Origin: Candidatus Latescibacterota bacterium
GTDB lineage: Bacteria; Latescibacterota; UBA2968; UBA8231
Direction: 5' to 3'
DNA length: 64,000 nucleotides
Assembly: GCA_965248265.1 (NCBI GenBank)
Contig: CBDFJF010000001.1
Coordinates: forward strand, 320,001 to 384,000
The notes under the pieces are model-generated. The model saw only the letters and a list, made by a program, of their open reading frames with translations, did not search any database and was not told the origin of the DNA. Positions 10,093-20,466 of the stretch are shown here, piece by piece. Both the position numbers and the translations under genes were made by a program. Every line of letters begins with the position of its first letter. Positions within the stretch are counted from its first letter, which is position 1.

Positions 10093-12833
10093 TGGCTCAG
10101 GCCCTGCAGGATGTTGGAGGCCCGCTACAGAGTGCCCTGGACCAACAGGATGGGCGCAATCCGACCGAGAAGCGCGCCGGCTTCTGGCGTGGTCAGATCG
10201 AGCGTTTGCAGAGAGAACACCGCGAGGGTGCCCCCGGGTTGGAGATCGCACGCGCCATCGCCGACGTCGTCGACGTGATCGTGTTGGACGCTTACAACCA
10301 GACGACGGCCCAGACGACGGCCCAGACGACGGCCCAGGCAACGGAGGGACAGGACGGGAAACCGTTCGCGCTGGTGGCTCTCGGGGGTTACGGCCGTCAG
10401 GAGATGTCTCCGTACTCGGATGTCGATTTGCTCTTTCTCCATGCCAAGGACAAAGACCGGACTCCCGAGCTCATCTCCGGTGTCTTGCATCCGCTCTGGG
10501 ATCTGCAGTTCGACATCGGCCACAGCAGTCGTACGATTTCGGAAGCGGTCCAGATCGCGCGCGATGACATCGAGTCCTGTACCGCCATGCTGGACGGCCG
10601 TTTTCTGGCCGGCGATCAGGGCCTGTTCGAGAAGTTCAGCCAACGCCTGTTCAAGAAGCTGCCCAAGAAAACCGTAGCCACATTGAAAAGCCTGCGCGAC
10701 AGGCGCGATGCCCACGGCCACTCTGTGCAGCTTCTGGAACCGAACGTGAAGGACAGTCCAGGTGGGCTGCGAGATATACAGCTCCTGGAGTGGGCGCTGA
10801 AAAGCCGAGCAGGCATGCGTATTCCGGACGAAGCCTGGAACGAGTACCTCGACCATGAAGACGTGGCGGCTCTCAAACAAGGTCGAGACTTTCTGTGGCG
10901 GGTGCGCCATGAACTGCACTTCACCATGGAGCGCAAGCACGATGTTCTCGACAACGTGGCCAAACCTCGGATTGCGCTCAATCTCGACTACGCCGATCGC
11001 TCAGGCGCCATGATCGGTCCAACGAAGGAATCCGGTTCGAATCATCGGGTCGGACCTCCCGATCGAACGGGTGCGGATCGCGGTCTGGAGCTTTCTGTGG
11101 AACAATTCATGCGTGACTATTACCTGCACGTGCGGGAGATCGTCCAGCTCGTCGACCTCGGGTTCGCCCACCTGGTGCGTTCCCAGAGTCGCGGTCGCCA
11201 ACTCCTGCTCGAGGAAGGTGTCATCGCCGTCGACGAAGAACTCAGCCTGTCCACCGGCGGGACCTACTTTGAACAAGATCCGCTGCGCCTGTTACACATC
11301 TTCGCGGTGGCTCAAAACCGCAGACTGCGTCTGGGCGCGCAGGCGCGCCGCTGCATCATGCAGTCGGTGCATCTCATCGACGACGAAATCCGCAGCAGTC
11401 CCAAGGCTCGCGATCTGTTCCTGCGCATGCTGGGTCGCAAGCGACGGGCTGCCACTACCCTCAGGTCGATGCACGATCTCGGTGTACTAGGTGCCTACCT
11501 CCCGGAGTTCGGTTCGCTTACCTGTCTGGTACAGTACGACATCTACCACACCTACACCGCCGATGAGCATACTCTAGTCGCACTCGACAACCTCGCAGGG
11601 GTTGCCGGCATGGATGAGCGCAGCACCTTGCGGCGGGTTTACGATCAGATGCAACGGCGCGACATCTTGATGCTGGGGGTGTTGTTGCACGATGTCGGAA
11701 AATCGAAGCGCGAGGAACACATCCGCTGCGGTATGGAGATGGGGGAAGCGCTGCTGGCGAGAATGGACCTGCCAGAGGCGGATCGGATGTTCGTTCTGTT
11801 TCTGATCGAGCATCACCAGGACATGGTCATGATGTCCCAGCAGCGGGATCTCAACGATCAGAATATGATCGCCGATTTCGCCGCCTTGTTCGCCAGCGAG
11901 GAGTGGCTCAAGGCGCTTTACCTGATGTCCTACGCGGATCTGACTGCTGTCGCCACGGATGCCTGGTCCGATTGGCACGGCGCCCTGCTATGGGAGCTCT
12001 ACCACAAAACGGAACAGCAGCTGCAATCCGGCTTCCAGACGCTGGAGAGACGCGAGTTGAGCAGGGCAAGACTGGATGAGCATCTACGTGCCGTGAAGGG
12101 CCTCTGGCCCCCCTCCAAGGTCATGGCCTTCGAAGAGCACGCGCAAAAATTTCCGCCACGCTACCTGGTTACGCATGAGCGTGAGGAGATCGAGCAGCAT
12201 CTGCAGCTCATTGAGCGGGAGCAACGCTCAGGCACCCAGGTCGATTTTGACCACTTGTCCGACCGCACCCAGGTATTGATTTGTACTCGCGATCAACCGC
12301 GCATATTGTCCCAGATCTGTGGCGTGCTTGCCGTCAATGATATTAACATCCTGCGTGCTGATGTGAACACGAGGAACGATGATGTCGTCATCGACGTTTT
12401 TCAAATCACCGATGTCGACGGCAACCCCGAAGTGCCCGAATACAAGCAGCAGCGAGTTCGAGAGCAGCTGACCCAGGTCATCGAAGGCGCCGTTGAGATC
12501 GAGACCTTGTTCGACAGCTACAGTGCCCACTGGAGCCGGCGCAAGGCGGGTCAACCCAGACGTGAGCCCGATGTCCAGTTCGAGAACCAGGTTTCAGACA
12601 GCTACACGGTCATCGATGTTGAGACTTTGGACGGCGTTGGGGTGTTGTACGAGATCACGCACCTGTTGGCAGCGATGGGGCTCGACATTCACATGGCGAT
12701 CGTCAACACGGTCGTCGACCGCGCGCGCGATGCTTTCTACGTCGTCGACAATCAGCAGCAGAAGATCGCCAACTACGAATTTCTCGAGACCGTCAGGCAT
12801 CGATTGATCGAAACCCTGGCTGCCGAGGGCTGA
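10089..12833 (+). CDS. glnD: [protein-PII] uridylyltransferase/uridylyl-removing enzyme
   Basis: ALGGYGR..MSPYSDVDL (nucleotidyltransferase), EPNVKDSPGGLRD, YHTYTADEH, LLHDVGK (HD), two C-terminal ACT domains. Confidence 0.95.
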   Translation: MMAQALQDVGGPLQSALDQQDGRNPTEKRAGFWRGQIERLQREHREGAPGLEIARAIADVVDVIVLDAYNQTTAQTTAQTTAQATEGQDGKPFALVALGGYGRQEMSPYSDVDLLFLHAKDKDRTPELISGVLHPLWDLQFDIGHSSRTISEAVQIARDDIESCTAMLDGRFLAGDQGLFEKFSQRLFKKLPKKTVATLKSLRDRRDAHGHSVQLLEPNVKDSPGGLRDIQLLEWALKSRAGMRIPDEAWNEYLDHEDVAALKQGRDFLWRVRHELHFTMERKHDVLDNVAKPRIALNLDYADRSGAMIGPTKESGSNHRVGPPDRTGADRGLELSVEQFMRDYYLHVREIVQLVDLGFAHLVRSQSRGRQLLLEEGVIAVDEELSLSTGGTYFEQDPLRLLHIFAVAQNRRLRLGAQARRCIMQSVHLIDDEIRSSPKARDLFLRMLGRKRRAATTLRSMHDLGVLGAYLPEFGSLTCLVQYDIYHTYTADEHTLVALDNLAGVAGMDERSTLRRVYDQMQRRDILMLGVLLHDVGKSKREEHIRCGMEMGEALLARMDLPEADRMFVLFLIEHHQDMVMMSQQRDLNDQNMIADFAALFASEEWLKALYLMSYADLTAVATDAWSDWHGALLWELYHKTEQQLQSGFQTLERRELSRARLDEHLRAVKGLWPPSKVMAFEEHAQKFPPRYLVTHEREEIEQHLQLIEREQRSGTQVDFDHLSDRTQVLICTRDQPRILSQICGVLAVNDINILRADVNTRNDDVVIDVFQITDVDGNPEVPEYKQQRVREQLTQVIEGAVEIETLFDSYSAHWSRRKAGQPRREPDVQFENQVSDSYTVIDVETLDGVGVLYEITHLLAAMGLDIHMAIVNTVVDRARDAFYVVDNQQQKIANYEFLETVRHRLIETLAAEG
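10299..10337 (+). repeat. 12-bp tandem repeat (CAGACGACGGCC)x3 inside glnD, encoding QTTA x3
   Basis: Three perfect copies at 10299, 10311 and 10323, followed by CAG. Confidence 0.95.
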
Positions 12834-12862
12834 CGATCAGGACGGTATGGCGGCGATGGTGG

Positions 12863-14791
12863 TTACTGCAGAAACAAGATCTTCCTGGCAGAAACCCGAT
12901 GGTTGGTCTCCAGCCTGGCTACGTAGACCCCCGTGCTAACCTCACTGCCGGCGTCACTGGTTCCATCCCAAACGACCTCACTGTAACCGGCGAGAGTCCG
13001 TTCCTGAAACAGGGTGCGTACGCTCTGCCCCGCAAGATTGTAGATGGTCAGGGAGGCGTCCCGGGTGGAGACCGGTACCAGCAAAGGGATTACCGTGGCG
13101 CCATTGAACGGATTCGGCCGGTTTGGCAGGAGCTCAAATTCGGCTGGCACCGGCCGCGCATCCGTCTCCTCCACCGCCGTCATACGGCTGATGTTTTGTG
13201 GTTGCCCGCTGACATCCATGCGTTCGATGACGGCCGCAGCCGGTTGGCTGAAGGGACGTGGGTCCTCGGGGTCTGGCTGGACGAACGGATTGCTGCGGAT
13301 CTCACGCCCGTCGGCCAGCGTGACGACGAGGACGATGTCTTCCAGGCGAGGATCATCCGGGTTGAAGTTCGGGCATTCCAACCGGGCCGTCGCCCGGCGC
13401 ACATTATCGACCCCATCCAGATCCGGATTGAACCCGAACACCGGGTCCAGGGTCATCTCGTCTGCCGACAGCGTCGTAAAGAGCCGTGTCAGGTAGTCGT
13501 ACTCGGAAAACAGTTGCTGACCCTTGCGCAACGGTGTGACGACAACCTCGTCTAGTGAGACGACAAAGGCCCCGGCGTCGAACTCGATGTCGTCGTTGTA
13601 CTGGCGGTAGGATTCCATGTTGTTGTAGAAGGATTGCTCGGCCATCGCCAGAAGGGTCCCGTTCTCTTTCGCCTCCCGATAGGCTTCGACGTCCCCTCTG
13701 AAAACGATTTCGAGCGCTCCCTCTTCCAGGACGATCTGCGGTATCGGAATATGGCGGCGCAGCAGGGCCTGCATCTGTGAGTCTGCCCGTGGAAATCCCT
13801 GCCGCAACAGTTGGTCGACGAACCCCTGGGGATCCTTCGCCTGGCTGAGGGTCTCCAGATCGTAGCGATCCTCCCAGAAGAGGCGCTCGTCCATGATCGC
13901 CGGTGACCCCGCGTAGTCGGTTGCAAAGGACTGTCCACCCGCTTCATTGGCAGCCTGGGTGACGACGTCGGCATAGTTGAAGCCGCCGTTGAACCAGTCG
14001 ATGAGCGCCTCGTTGATCTGTACGTGCAGGTAATTCGTGGGTACGGCGCGTGCCGGGCCCAGGACCCAGGCGAGAACGCCGAGATCAGGTTCCGTGGCAA
14101 CGGCTGTAAGGCGGATAGGTATCATCGGGTGGTCGCCGGCGTAGGTCATGGCGATGGGTTGCAGATCGCCGATCTCCCTGTCTGCCGACAGGCGCAGGGC
14201 CAAGAACAAGAATCCATCCTCGACGTACGGAGCCAACAGCTCAGCCCCCAGGTCACCGAGTTCATATCCGTTTGACGTCAGCCAATCCAGGATGGCCTGG
14301 GCATCGTCGGAGCGGATGACGGCCGTTTGATAGGGGCCGACGCGGTCTTCACTGACGACATCCACATCGCGTTGGACGACAACCGCATCCTCCTCCGGGC
14401 CAAGGGTCCAGACGCGGAAGTCACATTCGCTTTCTTCCGGCCAGTCGAGGACGAAGGCTGGTTGAGTGGCGAACTGCAACTGACGGAAAATCTCGTTGTG
14501 GCTGACGGACAGTTCGGGCACGGATGGAACCGGCAGCACCCAGGCGAAATCCTCAGCTGTGCCGGCAAACTGGATCTGCACGTGAACACTTACTTGCCCG
14601 TCCTCAGCGATGAACAGAATCCGCTCGCTGGTCTGGTTCATTGGCAGGTTGGAACAGAAGAACCCGCCGCAAGACCACGACGGTGACGTGGCGCCGTCGA
14701 AGAGAAAGAAAAGCAAGAGAACGGCAGCCGAGCAGCCGAACCGATCAATCAACCGTGTACGTTCAATTGGGACTCGATGTTTGCCTCGCAT
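12863..14791 (-). CDS. DUF2330-domain secreted protein with C-terminal FlgD-Ig/T9SS-A sorting domain
   Basis: Signal peptide then CGGFFC..QTSERILF, FAWVLPVP, PMIPIRLTAVA. C-terminus NRPNPFNG...WDGTSDAG..STGVY..RKILFLQ. Confidence 0.85.
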   Translation of the reverse strand: MRGKHRVPIERTRLIDRFGCSAAVLLLFFLFDGATSPSWSCGGFFCSNLPMNQTSERILFIAEDGQVSVHVQIQFAGTAEDFAWVLPVPSVPELSVSHNEIFRQLQFATQPAFVLDWPEESECDFRVWTLGPEEDAVVVQRDVDVVSEDRVGPYQTAVIRSDDAQAILDWLTSNGYELGDLGAELLAPYVEDGFLFLALRLSADREIGDLQPIAMTYAGDHPMIPIRLTAVATEPDLGVLAWVLGPARAVPTNYLHVQINEALIDWFNGGFNYADVVTQAANEAGGQSFATDYAGSPAIMDERLFWEDRYDLETLSQAKDPQGFVDQLLRQGFPRADSQMQALLRRHIPIPQIVLEEGALEIVFRGDVEAYREAKENGTLLAMAEQSFYNNMESYRQYNDDIEFDAGAFVVSLDEVVVTPLRKGQQLFSEYDYLTRLFTTLSADEMTLDPVFGFNPDLDGVDNVRRATARLECPNFNPDDPRLEDIVLVVTLADGREIRSNPFVQPDPEDPRPFSQPAAAVIERMDVSGQPQNISRMTAVEETDARPVPAEFELLPNRPNPFNGATVIPLLVPVSTRDASLTIYNLAGQSVRTLFQERTLAGYSEVVWDGTSDAGSEVSTGVYVARLETNHRVSARKILFLQ

Positions 14792-14919
14792 GGGTGATTC
14801 CTCCGTCTCATTTTGACAGGTCCGTTTTCAATACAACACTGAACCTGGCCTTATGTGTCACTCGGGAGCCCACTTCATGCAGTGACAGAGGAATGACGGC
14901 GACGGCCGGACGATGTCTT

Positions 14920-15543
14920 TCACGACGCGATGAACTCCTCGATCATCGGTACGAAGATGCGCATCCAGGGCGAGATATCCTTCTTGCCTCGTGCGCACAC
15001 CAGATTTCCACAGCGGACGACCGGTTCGTCGACGTACTCACCCCCACAGACTTCGATGTCGAAGCGGCACTTTGGGATGGTCGTGGCTTTCCTCCCCTTC
15101 AGCACACCGGCCACACCGAGAATCTCGATTCCATGGCAGATGGAAGCGACCGGTCTGTTCTGTTCGAAGAACCGGCGGACGATCCGGAGCAGGTCCTCGT
15201 CGTAACGCAAGTACTCCGGTGCTCTGCCTCCGGGAAGGACGAGGGCGACATAGTCATCCGGGTCCACGTCCCTGAAGGCGATATCTGACTCCAGCCGGTA
15301 GCCGGGCTTCTCCACGGTGACGTCCCAGCCCGGGCTCAGTTCATGAATTACGGTGTGGTAGGAGTCGACTTCGAGCGCAGCAAGGGCAACGGCATAGTCC
15401 TCACCCAACCGATAATAGGGTCCCATGGTGTCCAGGACTTCAGTGCCGTCTCCGATGACGAGAAGGACTGCCGACCCGGTGTCACTGCCATCGCCGTGTC
15501 GAATGCTTGATCGCAGGTCATGACGGGGAGAAGCTTCGGTCAT
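14920..15543 (-). CDS. DJ-1/PfpI family protein
   Basis: LVLPGGRAPEYLR and nucleophile elbow ASICHG. Confidence 0.9.
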   Translation of the reverse strand: MTEASPRHDLRSSIRHGDGSDTGSAVLLVIGDGTEVLDTMGPYYRLGEDYAVALAALEVDSYHTVIHELSPGWDVTVEKPGYRLESDIAFRDVDPDDYVALVLPGGRAPEYLRYDEDLLRIVRRFFEQNRPVASICHGIEILGVAGVLKGRKATTIPKCRFDIEVCGGEYVDEPVVRCGNLVCARGKKDISPWMRIFVPMIEEFIAS

Positions 15544-15756
15544 ATCTGAGCAGCCCTGTCGGACAGTTGGATGTGGGTCGGCGCGAGATTACGCCGACAC
15601 ACAAATAATACATGTGTGTGCCTCCGTTGGCGAGCAAGGCCGTGCTCAGGCGGCTGCTTCGATTGCCGAGATCACGGCCGTACCTCATGGTTGAGGGCGT
15701 ACGATCATTTGGCAATCAGCAGGGTGCTCAACCGAATGCCATCGAGTAAGGCGGAA

Positions 15757-16269
15757 ATGCAGATTCAGATAAAACCGATAGCATCCAGATTCATCACAGG
15801 TTTTCATGCAGCCCTGGATGCCGTTGCCCGCGAAGGTGAGTACCTGGTGTTGACGCGGGCTCCTGCCATCGAGTCGACGCGGCAATGGGTCGAAGGCAAT
15901 ATCGGGAGGGGGATTCCCCAGTACGTGGCCCTGGTGGAGGAGACAGCCGTGGTCGGCTGGTGCGACATCATTCCCGACTCCCATCCGGGCTTTGAACACG
16001 GTGGGCGTTTGGGGGTTGGGGTGCTGCTTGCCCACCGGCGTCAGGGGATTGGCAGGCGATTGGTGTCCACGGCGGTCGACGGCGCCCGAGAGTTTGGATT
16101 GACACGGGTGGAGCTGGAGGTGTTCTCCTCAAATGAGCCAGCCATTCGATTGTACCGCGAACTCGGCTTCGAACGTGAGGGATGTCGCCGGCGTGCCAGG
16201 CGGATCCGGGGTGGAGGATACGAGGACGTACTGACCATGGGTTTGCTACTCAATTCCGATGGGGCATAG
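15757..16269 (+). CDS. GNAT family N-acetyltransferase
   Basis: HRRQGIGRRL acetyl-CoA motif and NEPAIRLYRELGF. The true start is probably 15736 or 15757, not 15571. Confidence 0.88.
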   Translation: MQIQIKPIASRFITGFHAALDAVAREGEYLVLTRAPAIESTRQWVEGNIGRGIPQYVALVEETAVVGWCDIIPDSHPGFEHGGRLGVGVLLAHRRQGIGRRLVSTAVDGAREFGLTRVELEVFSSNEPAIRLYRELGFEREGCRRRARRIRGGGYEDVLTMGLLLNSDGA

Positions 16270-17551
16270 GGGAGTCCTTCCGCAAGATCTGCTTCCTGCC
16301 GGGTCCGACTGAGATCCATTTCACCGGCAGGTTTACCAGTAGTTCGATGGTTTCGACGTACAAGCGCGCGTTCGCTGGAAGATCCACATAGGCGCGGACG
16401 TTGGACAGGTCGCAGCGCCACCCGGGCGTGGTTCGCCAAACGGGTTTGGCGCGCTCCAGCCTGTCGGTGGTGGGAAACAGGGCTGTGCTTTCGCCATCTA
16501 CTTCGTAGGCCGTGCACATTGGAATCTCATCTAGGTAGCCGAGCACATCGAGCAAGGTCAACGCCACCTCGGTGGCGCCCTGGACCCGGCAGCCGTAGCG
16601 CGTCGCCACGGCATCGAACCAGCCAACGCGGCGCGGCCTGCCCGTCGTCGCCCCGTATTCACCATCGGATGCACCCCGGCGGCGTAGTTCTTGCGCTCCT
16701 GCACCCTGCAACTCCGTGACGAACGGACCCGCCCCGACGCAGGAGGAGTAGGCCTTGGCGACCGCGATTACCGTGCCGATTTCCCGAGGGGGAATCCCTG
16801 CTCCGACGGTGGCGAAGCCGGCCAGCGGTGAGGAGGAGGTCGGGTAGGGGTAGATCCCGTGATCGGGGTCTCGCAGGGCCCCCAGTTGCCCCTCGAGCAG
16901 GATGTGACGACCCTCAGCGAGGGCATTCTCCATGAGGGACAGGGCATCGCATGTGAACGGAGCGATCCGTTGGCCAGCATCCAGCAGCAGGGGAATGAGG
17001 TCAGCTACCGACAAAGCAGGTCTGCCGTACAGGTGTTCGAGTAACGGATTCTTGATCGAGAGCGAATGTATCAAGCGTGTCCGCAGTCTGTCTTTGTCTG
17101 TGAGGTCGGCGATCTGCACTCCGAGCTTCAGGTATTTATCGGCATAGAAGGGGGCAATTCCCGCTCGGGTCGAACCGAACTGCTGCGCTCCAAGCCGTTC
17201 CTCCTCGCACTCATCCAACAGGCGGTGGTAGGGCAGGACGATCTGTGCGCGATCGGAGATCCGGACATCCGGTTTGGGTATTCCGCATTCCTGGAGGTGT
17301 GCGAGTTCACCGAGCAGAACGGGAATGTCGACGGCGACGCCGGGACCCAGGACATTGACCACGCCTTCGTGGAAGACGCCGGATGGAAGCAGGTGGAGGG
17401 CGAACTTGCCGTGTTCATTGACGATGGTGTGCCCGGCGTTGCTGCCACCCTGAAAACGCACGACGAAATCGGCGCCGGCCCCAAGAGCATCGGTGATCTT
17501 GCCCTTGCCTTCGTCTCCCCAGTTGGCGCCGACGACTGCGGTAACCGGCAT
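16250..17551 (-). CDS. purA: Adenylosuccinate synthetase
   Basis: GANWGDEGKGK, RFQGGSNAGHT, EYGATTGRPRRVGWFD. Confidence 0.97.
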   Translation of the reverse strand: MPVTAVVGANWGDEGKGKITDALGAGADFVVRFQGGSNAGHTIVNEHGKFALHLLPSGVFHEGVVNVLGPGVAVDIPVLLGELAHLQECGIPKPDVRISDRAQIVLPYHRLLDECEEERLGAQQFGSTRAGIAPFYADKYLKLGVQIADLTDKDRLRTRLIHSLSIKNPLLEHLYGRPALSVADLIPLLLDAGQRIAPFTCDALSLMENALAEGRHILLEGQLGALRDPDHGIYPYPTSSSPLAGFATVGAGIPPREIGTVIAVAKAYSSCVGAGPFVTELQGAGAQELRRRGASDGEYGATTGRPRRVGWFDAVATRYGCRVQGATEVALTLLDVLGYLDEIPMCTAYEVDGESTALFPTTDRLERAKPVWRTTPGWRCDLSNVRAYVDLPANARLYVETIELLVNLPVKWISVGPGRKQILRKDSPMPHRN

Positions 17552-17687
17552 CTGTCTTCGCTTTGTAAGAGGGAGCAGGCACGTGAGTGCCGGCGGTGGA
17601 TGACAGAAGCAAGGTACGGGCGGCCAACGAGGAACAAAATTTAATGTCCTGATCTGCGCGATTTGGCGGGTTTATGGACCTCCCGCG

Positions 17688-19292
17688 TTAACGGGATTTG
17701 AGGCTGAGATGCCCGCGCTGGATATCAATCTGCATCAGCGCTGAACCGGCCCCCAGCTGACCGGCGACCGTCTGTCCGCCTTCCCCGTTGGCAGTTACCT
17801 GGAGAGGCAGATCGGTCTCGACGAAACCCCGGCGCACGTAGCCGTTCACGTTGAGGGAGGAGGCTTCAGGAAGGTGAATGTGGACGTTGCCACGTCTGTT
17901 AGAGACGGTGCAGGACGCGTCGATTGGTGTTGTTGATGTGATAACAATGTCGCCCTTCTCATTGTCGACGAGTACCTCGCCGCCAGCATCCGTTATCGCG
18001 ATAGGGGATCGGCTGCTGCGTACGACGACGCGGCCGTTTGCCGATTCGACTCCGATGCGCCCGCGGTCGCCATCGACCGTGGCCTCGGCCCCGATGTCGA
18101 TCAGACGCACTGAGCCATGGCTGTTCTTTATGGTCGCACTTCCTCCGACCTTTTCAACGATGATACCTCCATGGCTGTTACGTGCCACGAGATTTCCAAC
18201 AACATCCTTCACTTTCAGCGAGCCGTGGTTGTGGCTGGCGCACAGGCTACCTCCTACGCCTGATATTTGCGCGCTTCCGTGATTGGCATTCAGGGTCAGG
18301 GATCCTTTGACGGATGCCAGCTTCACTGGGCCGTGGCTGGATTCCACGGTCGTCTCGCCACCGACGCCATCGATTTCTACCCGGGCGTGGAGGCTCCTCA
18401 GCTTCAAATCGGCGCCGCTGTTGGAGACACTGACGGGTCCGTGAGCCTGGTCAATGGACAACTCGCCTGCGATCGATTCAGCGGACGTCGGTCCGTGCCG
18501 GTTGATGAGCTTCGCATCGCCGTCGAGGTTGCCCACTTTCAGATCTCCGTACTGGTTTTCCATGACGATATTGGCCTGTCTGGGGACCATCAGCTGAAAG
18601 TCCAGTTGGGCACAACCATCGGCATCATCCACAGTTTGATTGTCGCGGAGCTCAGGCCGCAGTTTCAGTGAGCCAGTGCCCCTCTCGGAGTGCAGGAAGA
18701 CCGCCTCGGCCATCGAGTGCGCAGCTGTCTCAGTCGGTGCATGCGCGCTCACGTGGAGGCGCACCCCAACCTCATCACGATCCCAGCACGCCACGGTGAT
18801 GCTCCCACGCGGGTTTTCCAACTGCAGCGAGGAGCCGCTTTCTAGCGGATACGTTTCGTTCACCTCGCGTTCACATCGATGCGGAAACGCGGTGTCGTCG
18901 ACACCAGCCGACCAGCTCTTGAAGGCCATGCCGACGTTGCGCCCCATGTCTTCCAGCATACTGCCGATATCGGGCAGGCTCGACGTGGCCTCGTCGATGA
19001 TCTGGTCGACATCGGGAACCGCCTCCTCGAATACTCTCTTCATCCGAGGCATGGATACCCGCACCGCCTGGCCGGCGCGTGAGAACGACGACCGTATGTC
19101 GTGGTCCATGTCGCCGAAGACATCCTTCATCTCCGAGAAAAAACCCTCGAACTGCGGCCAACCGCTCGTCGATCCAGGATGCCGATCAGCGGGTCCGGGT
19201 TCACCGAGGGCTCGCAGCAGTCTCTCTGCTTCATCGATGGTGATCTTTCCCTCCGACAGCATTTCCAGCACCTTGCGACGCTCTGCGCTCAT
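17688..19292 (-). CDS. DUF4097 beta-strand-repeat protein with N-terminal SHOCT-like segment (YvlB/LiaX-like)
   Basis: MSAERRKVLEMLSEGKITIDEAERLL, then many 'N.HG.v.i..v.G' repeats. Confidence 0.85.
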   Translation of the reverse strand: MSAERRKVLEMLSEGKITIDEAERLLRALGEPGPADRHPGSTSGWPQFEGFFSEMKDVFGDMDHDIRSSFSRAGQAVRVSMPRMKRVFEEAVPDVDQIIDEATSSLPDIGSMLEDMGRNVGMAFKSWSAGVDDTAFPHRCEREVNETYPLESGSSLQLENPRGSITVACWDRDEVGVRLHVSAHAPTETAAHSMAEAVFLHSERGTGSLKLRPELRDNQTVDDADGCAQLDFQLMVPRQANIVMENQYGDLKVGNLDGDAKLINRHGPTSAESIAGELSIDQAHGPVSVSNSGADLKLRSLHARVEIDGVGGETTVESSHGPVKLASVKGSLTLNANHGSAQISGVGGSLCASHNHGSLKVKDVVGNLVARNSHGGIIVEKVGGSATIKNSHGSVRLIDIGAEATVDGDRGRIGVESANGRVVVRSSRSPIAITDAGGEVLVDNEKGDIVITSTTPIDASCTVSNRRGNVHIHLPEASSLNVNGYVRRGFVETDLPLQVTANGEGGQTVAGQLGAGSALMQIDIQRGHLSLKSR

Positions 19293-19702
19293 GATTCGCG
19301 AATGCCCTTTCTCCTCTTCAGTGATTCCAGTTCAGCAATGGCAGCGTCGGCTTCGATCGAACCCTCCTCGAGGTGAAGGAGGATGTCCTTCCGCCGATCC
19401 TCATCCCTGTCACTGTCTTGCTCTGACCGCCCCGGCCCAGCCTCGAAACCCAGTTCCCGAATAACCTCGTCGAGGCGTCCGCGAACGGTGCTATAGGGAA
19501 CCTTCAGCTCTCGTTCCATTTCTTTGACATTGCCCCGCAACCGTACGAACACCTCGACAAAAGCGAGACTCTCCGGAGACAGCCGGTCAAATGGATTCGG
19601 AGAAAACCGGCCAGAGATCTCGGTGTCGCACCGCCCACACTGCAGGTGAGTGACGGTGAGGTCGCCGCCACACGCCGGACACCGCTCAATTACTTTTCGC
19701 AT
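19289..19702 (-). CDS. DUF2089 family protein (Zn-ribbon plus HTH, putative regulator)
   Basis: CPACG...CGRC, RGNVKEMERELKVPYSTVRGRLD. Overlaps the DUF4097 gene by 4 nt. Confidence 0.9.
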   Translation of the reverse strand: MRKVIERCPACGGDLTVTHLQCGRCDTEISGRFSPNPFDRLSPESLAFVEVFVRLRGNVKEMERELKVPYSTVRGRLDEVIRELGFEAGPGRSEQDSDRDEDRRKDILLHLEEGSIEADAAIAELESLKRRKGIRES

Positions 19703-19792
19703 ATTTGCAAGCCTTCGATGATAGCCAGGCGAGAAACGTCAACCCGTGGAGAATTTCATCACAAATACGAATATTTTAATATTATGGTAAAT

Positions 19793-19820
19793 ATTTTACA
19801 ATTTTTCGATAAAAAGTCAA
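19793..19820 (-). promoter_or_regulatory. sigma70-like promoter TTGACT-N16-TAAAAT for the DUF2089-DUF4097 operon
   Basis: Minus-strand hexamers at 19815-19820 and 19793-19798 inside a strongly AT-rich patch about 90 nt upstream of the ATG. Confidence 0.55.
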
Positions 19821-19931
19821 ATATTTTTACTTACAATTAGGAAAATACGAGACTAATTTGTTGGAGAGTGCACCGGATTTGGATGGTTCTTGGGATCGGC
19901 GCAGCAAACACCGGGTGGCGTTCAGTCGCTC

Positions 19932-20297
19932 TCAGGGGGTCAGGGCTTTGTCGGTAGCCTCGAGAAGGCGTTGCGGAAAATCACTCTCCTTGGCCACAAA
20001 TCCTGCCACTCCGTATGGACTGAGTGCAGTCACCGTATCAACAGTGATTTCGCCTGATATGACTACAATGGGGGTATCGTTCATCAGCCTTTCACGCAGT
20101 ACGCGGATGGCATCCTCTCCCCTGGCATCGGGCAGGTTCAGATCCATCAGGATCAGGTCGACTCCGCCCTTGGCCAAAACGGGTACGGTGTCTTTGACCA
20201 GGCCGACGGCTGACACGGTATGTCCACGCGGCTCGAGAACGCGCCGAACCACCTTCTGATACATTTCAGAGTCTTCGACAAGCAGGATGAATGCCAT
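19932..20297 (-). CDS. Single-domain response regulator (receiver)
   Basis: ILLVEDS, LILMDLNLP, PIVVISG, FVAK. Start taken at MAFILL. Confidence 0.88.
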   Translation of the reverse strand: MAFILLVEDSEMYQKVVRRVLEPRGHTVSAVGLVKDTVPVLAKGGVDLILMDLNLPDARGEDAIRVLRERLMNDTPIVVISGEITVDTVTALSPYGVAGFVAKESDFPQRLLEATDKALTP

Positions 20298-20466
20298 AGC
20301 CCCAATATGTTCATGTACCTCGACTTGCGCTCGGAGAGGACGTGGGGTGGGTGGTCGATTATCGCCGAGCGAGATCATCCGAATTACCGAGCTGCAAAGG
20401 TGGTTATATTGGTAGATATACGGCTTCAAAGGAAAAGCAAATAGAACCAACGGGGAAGATGGGCTC

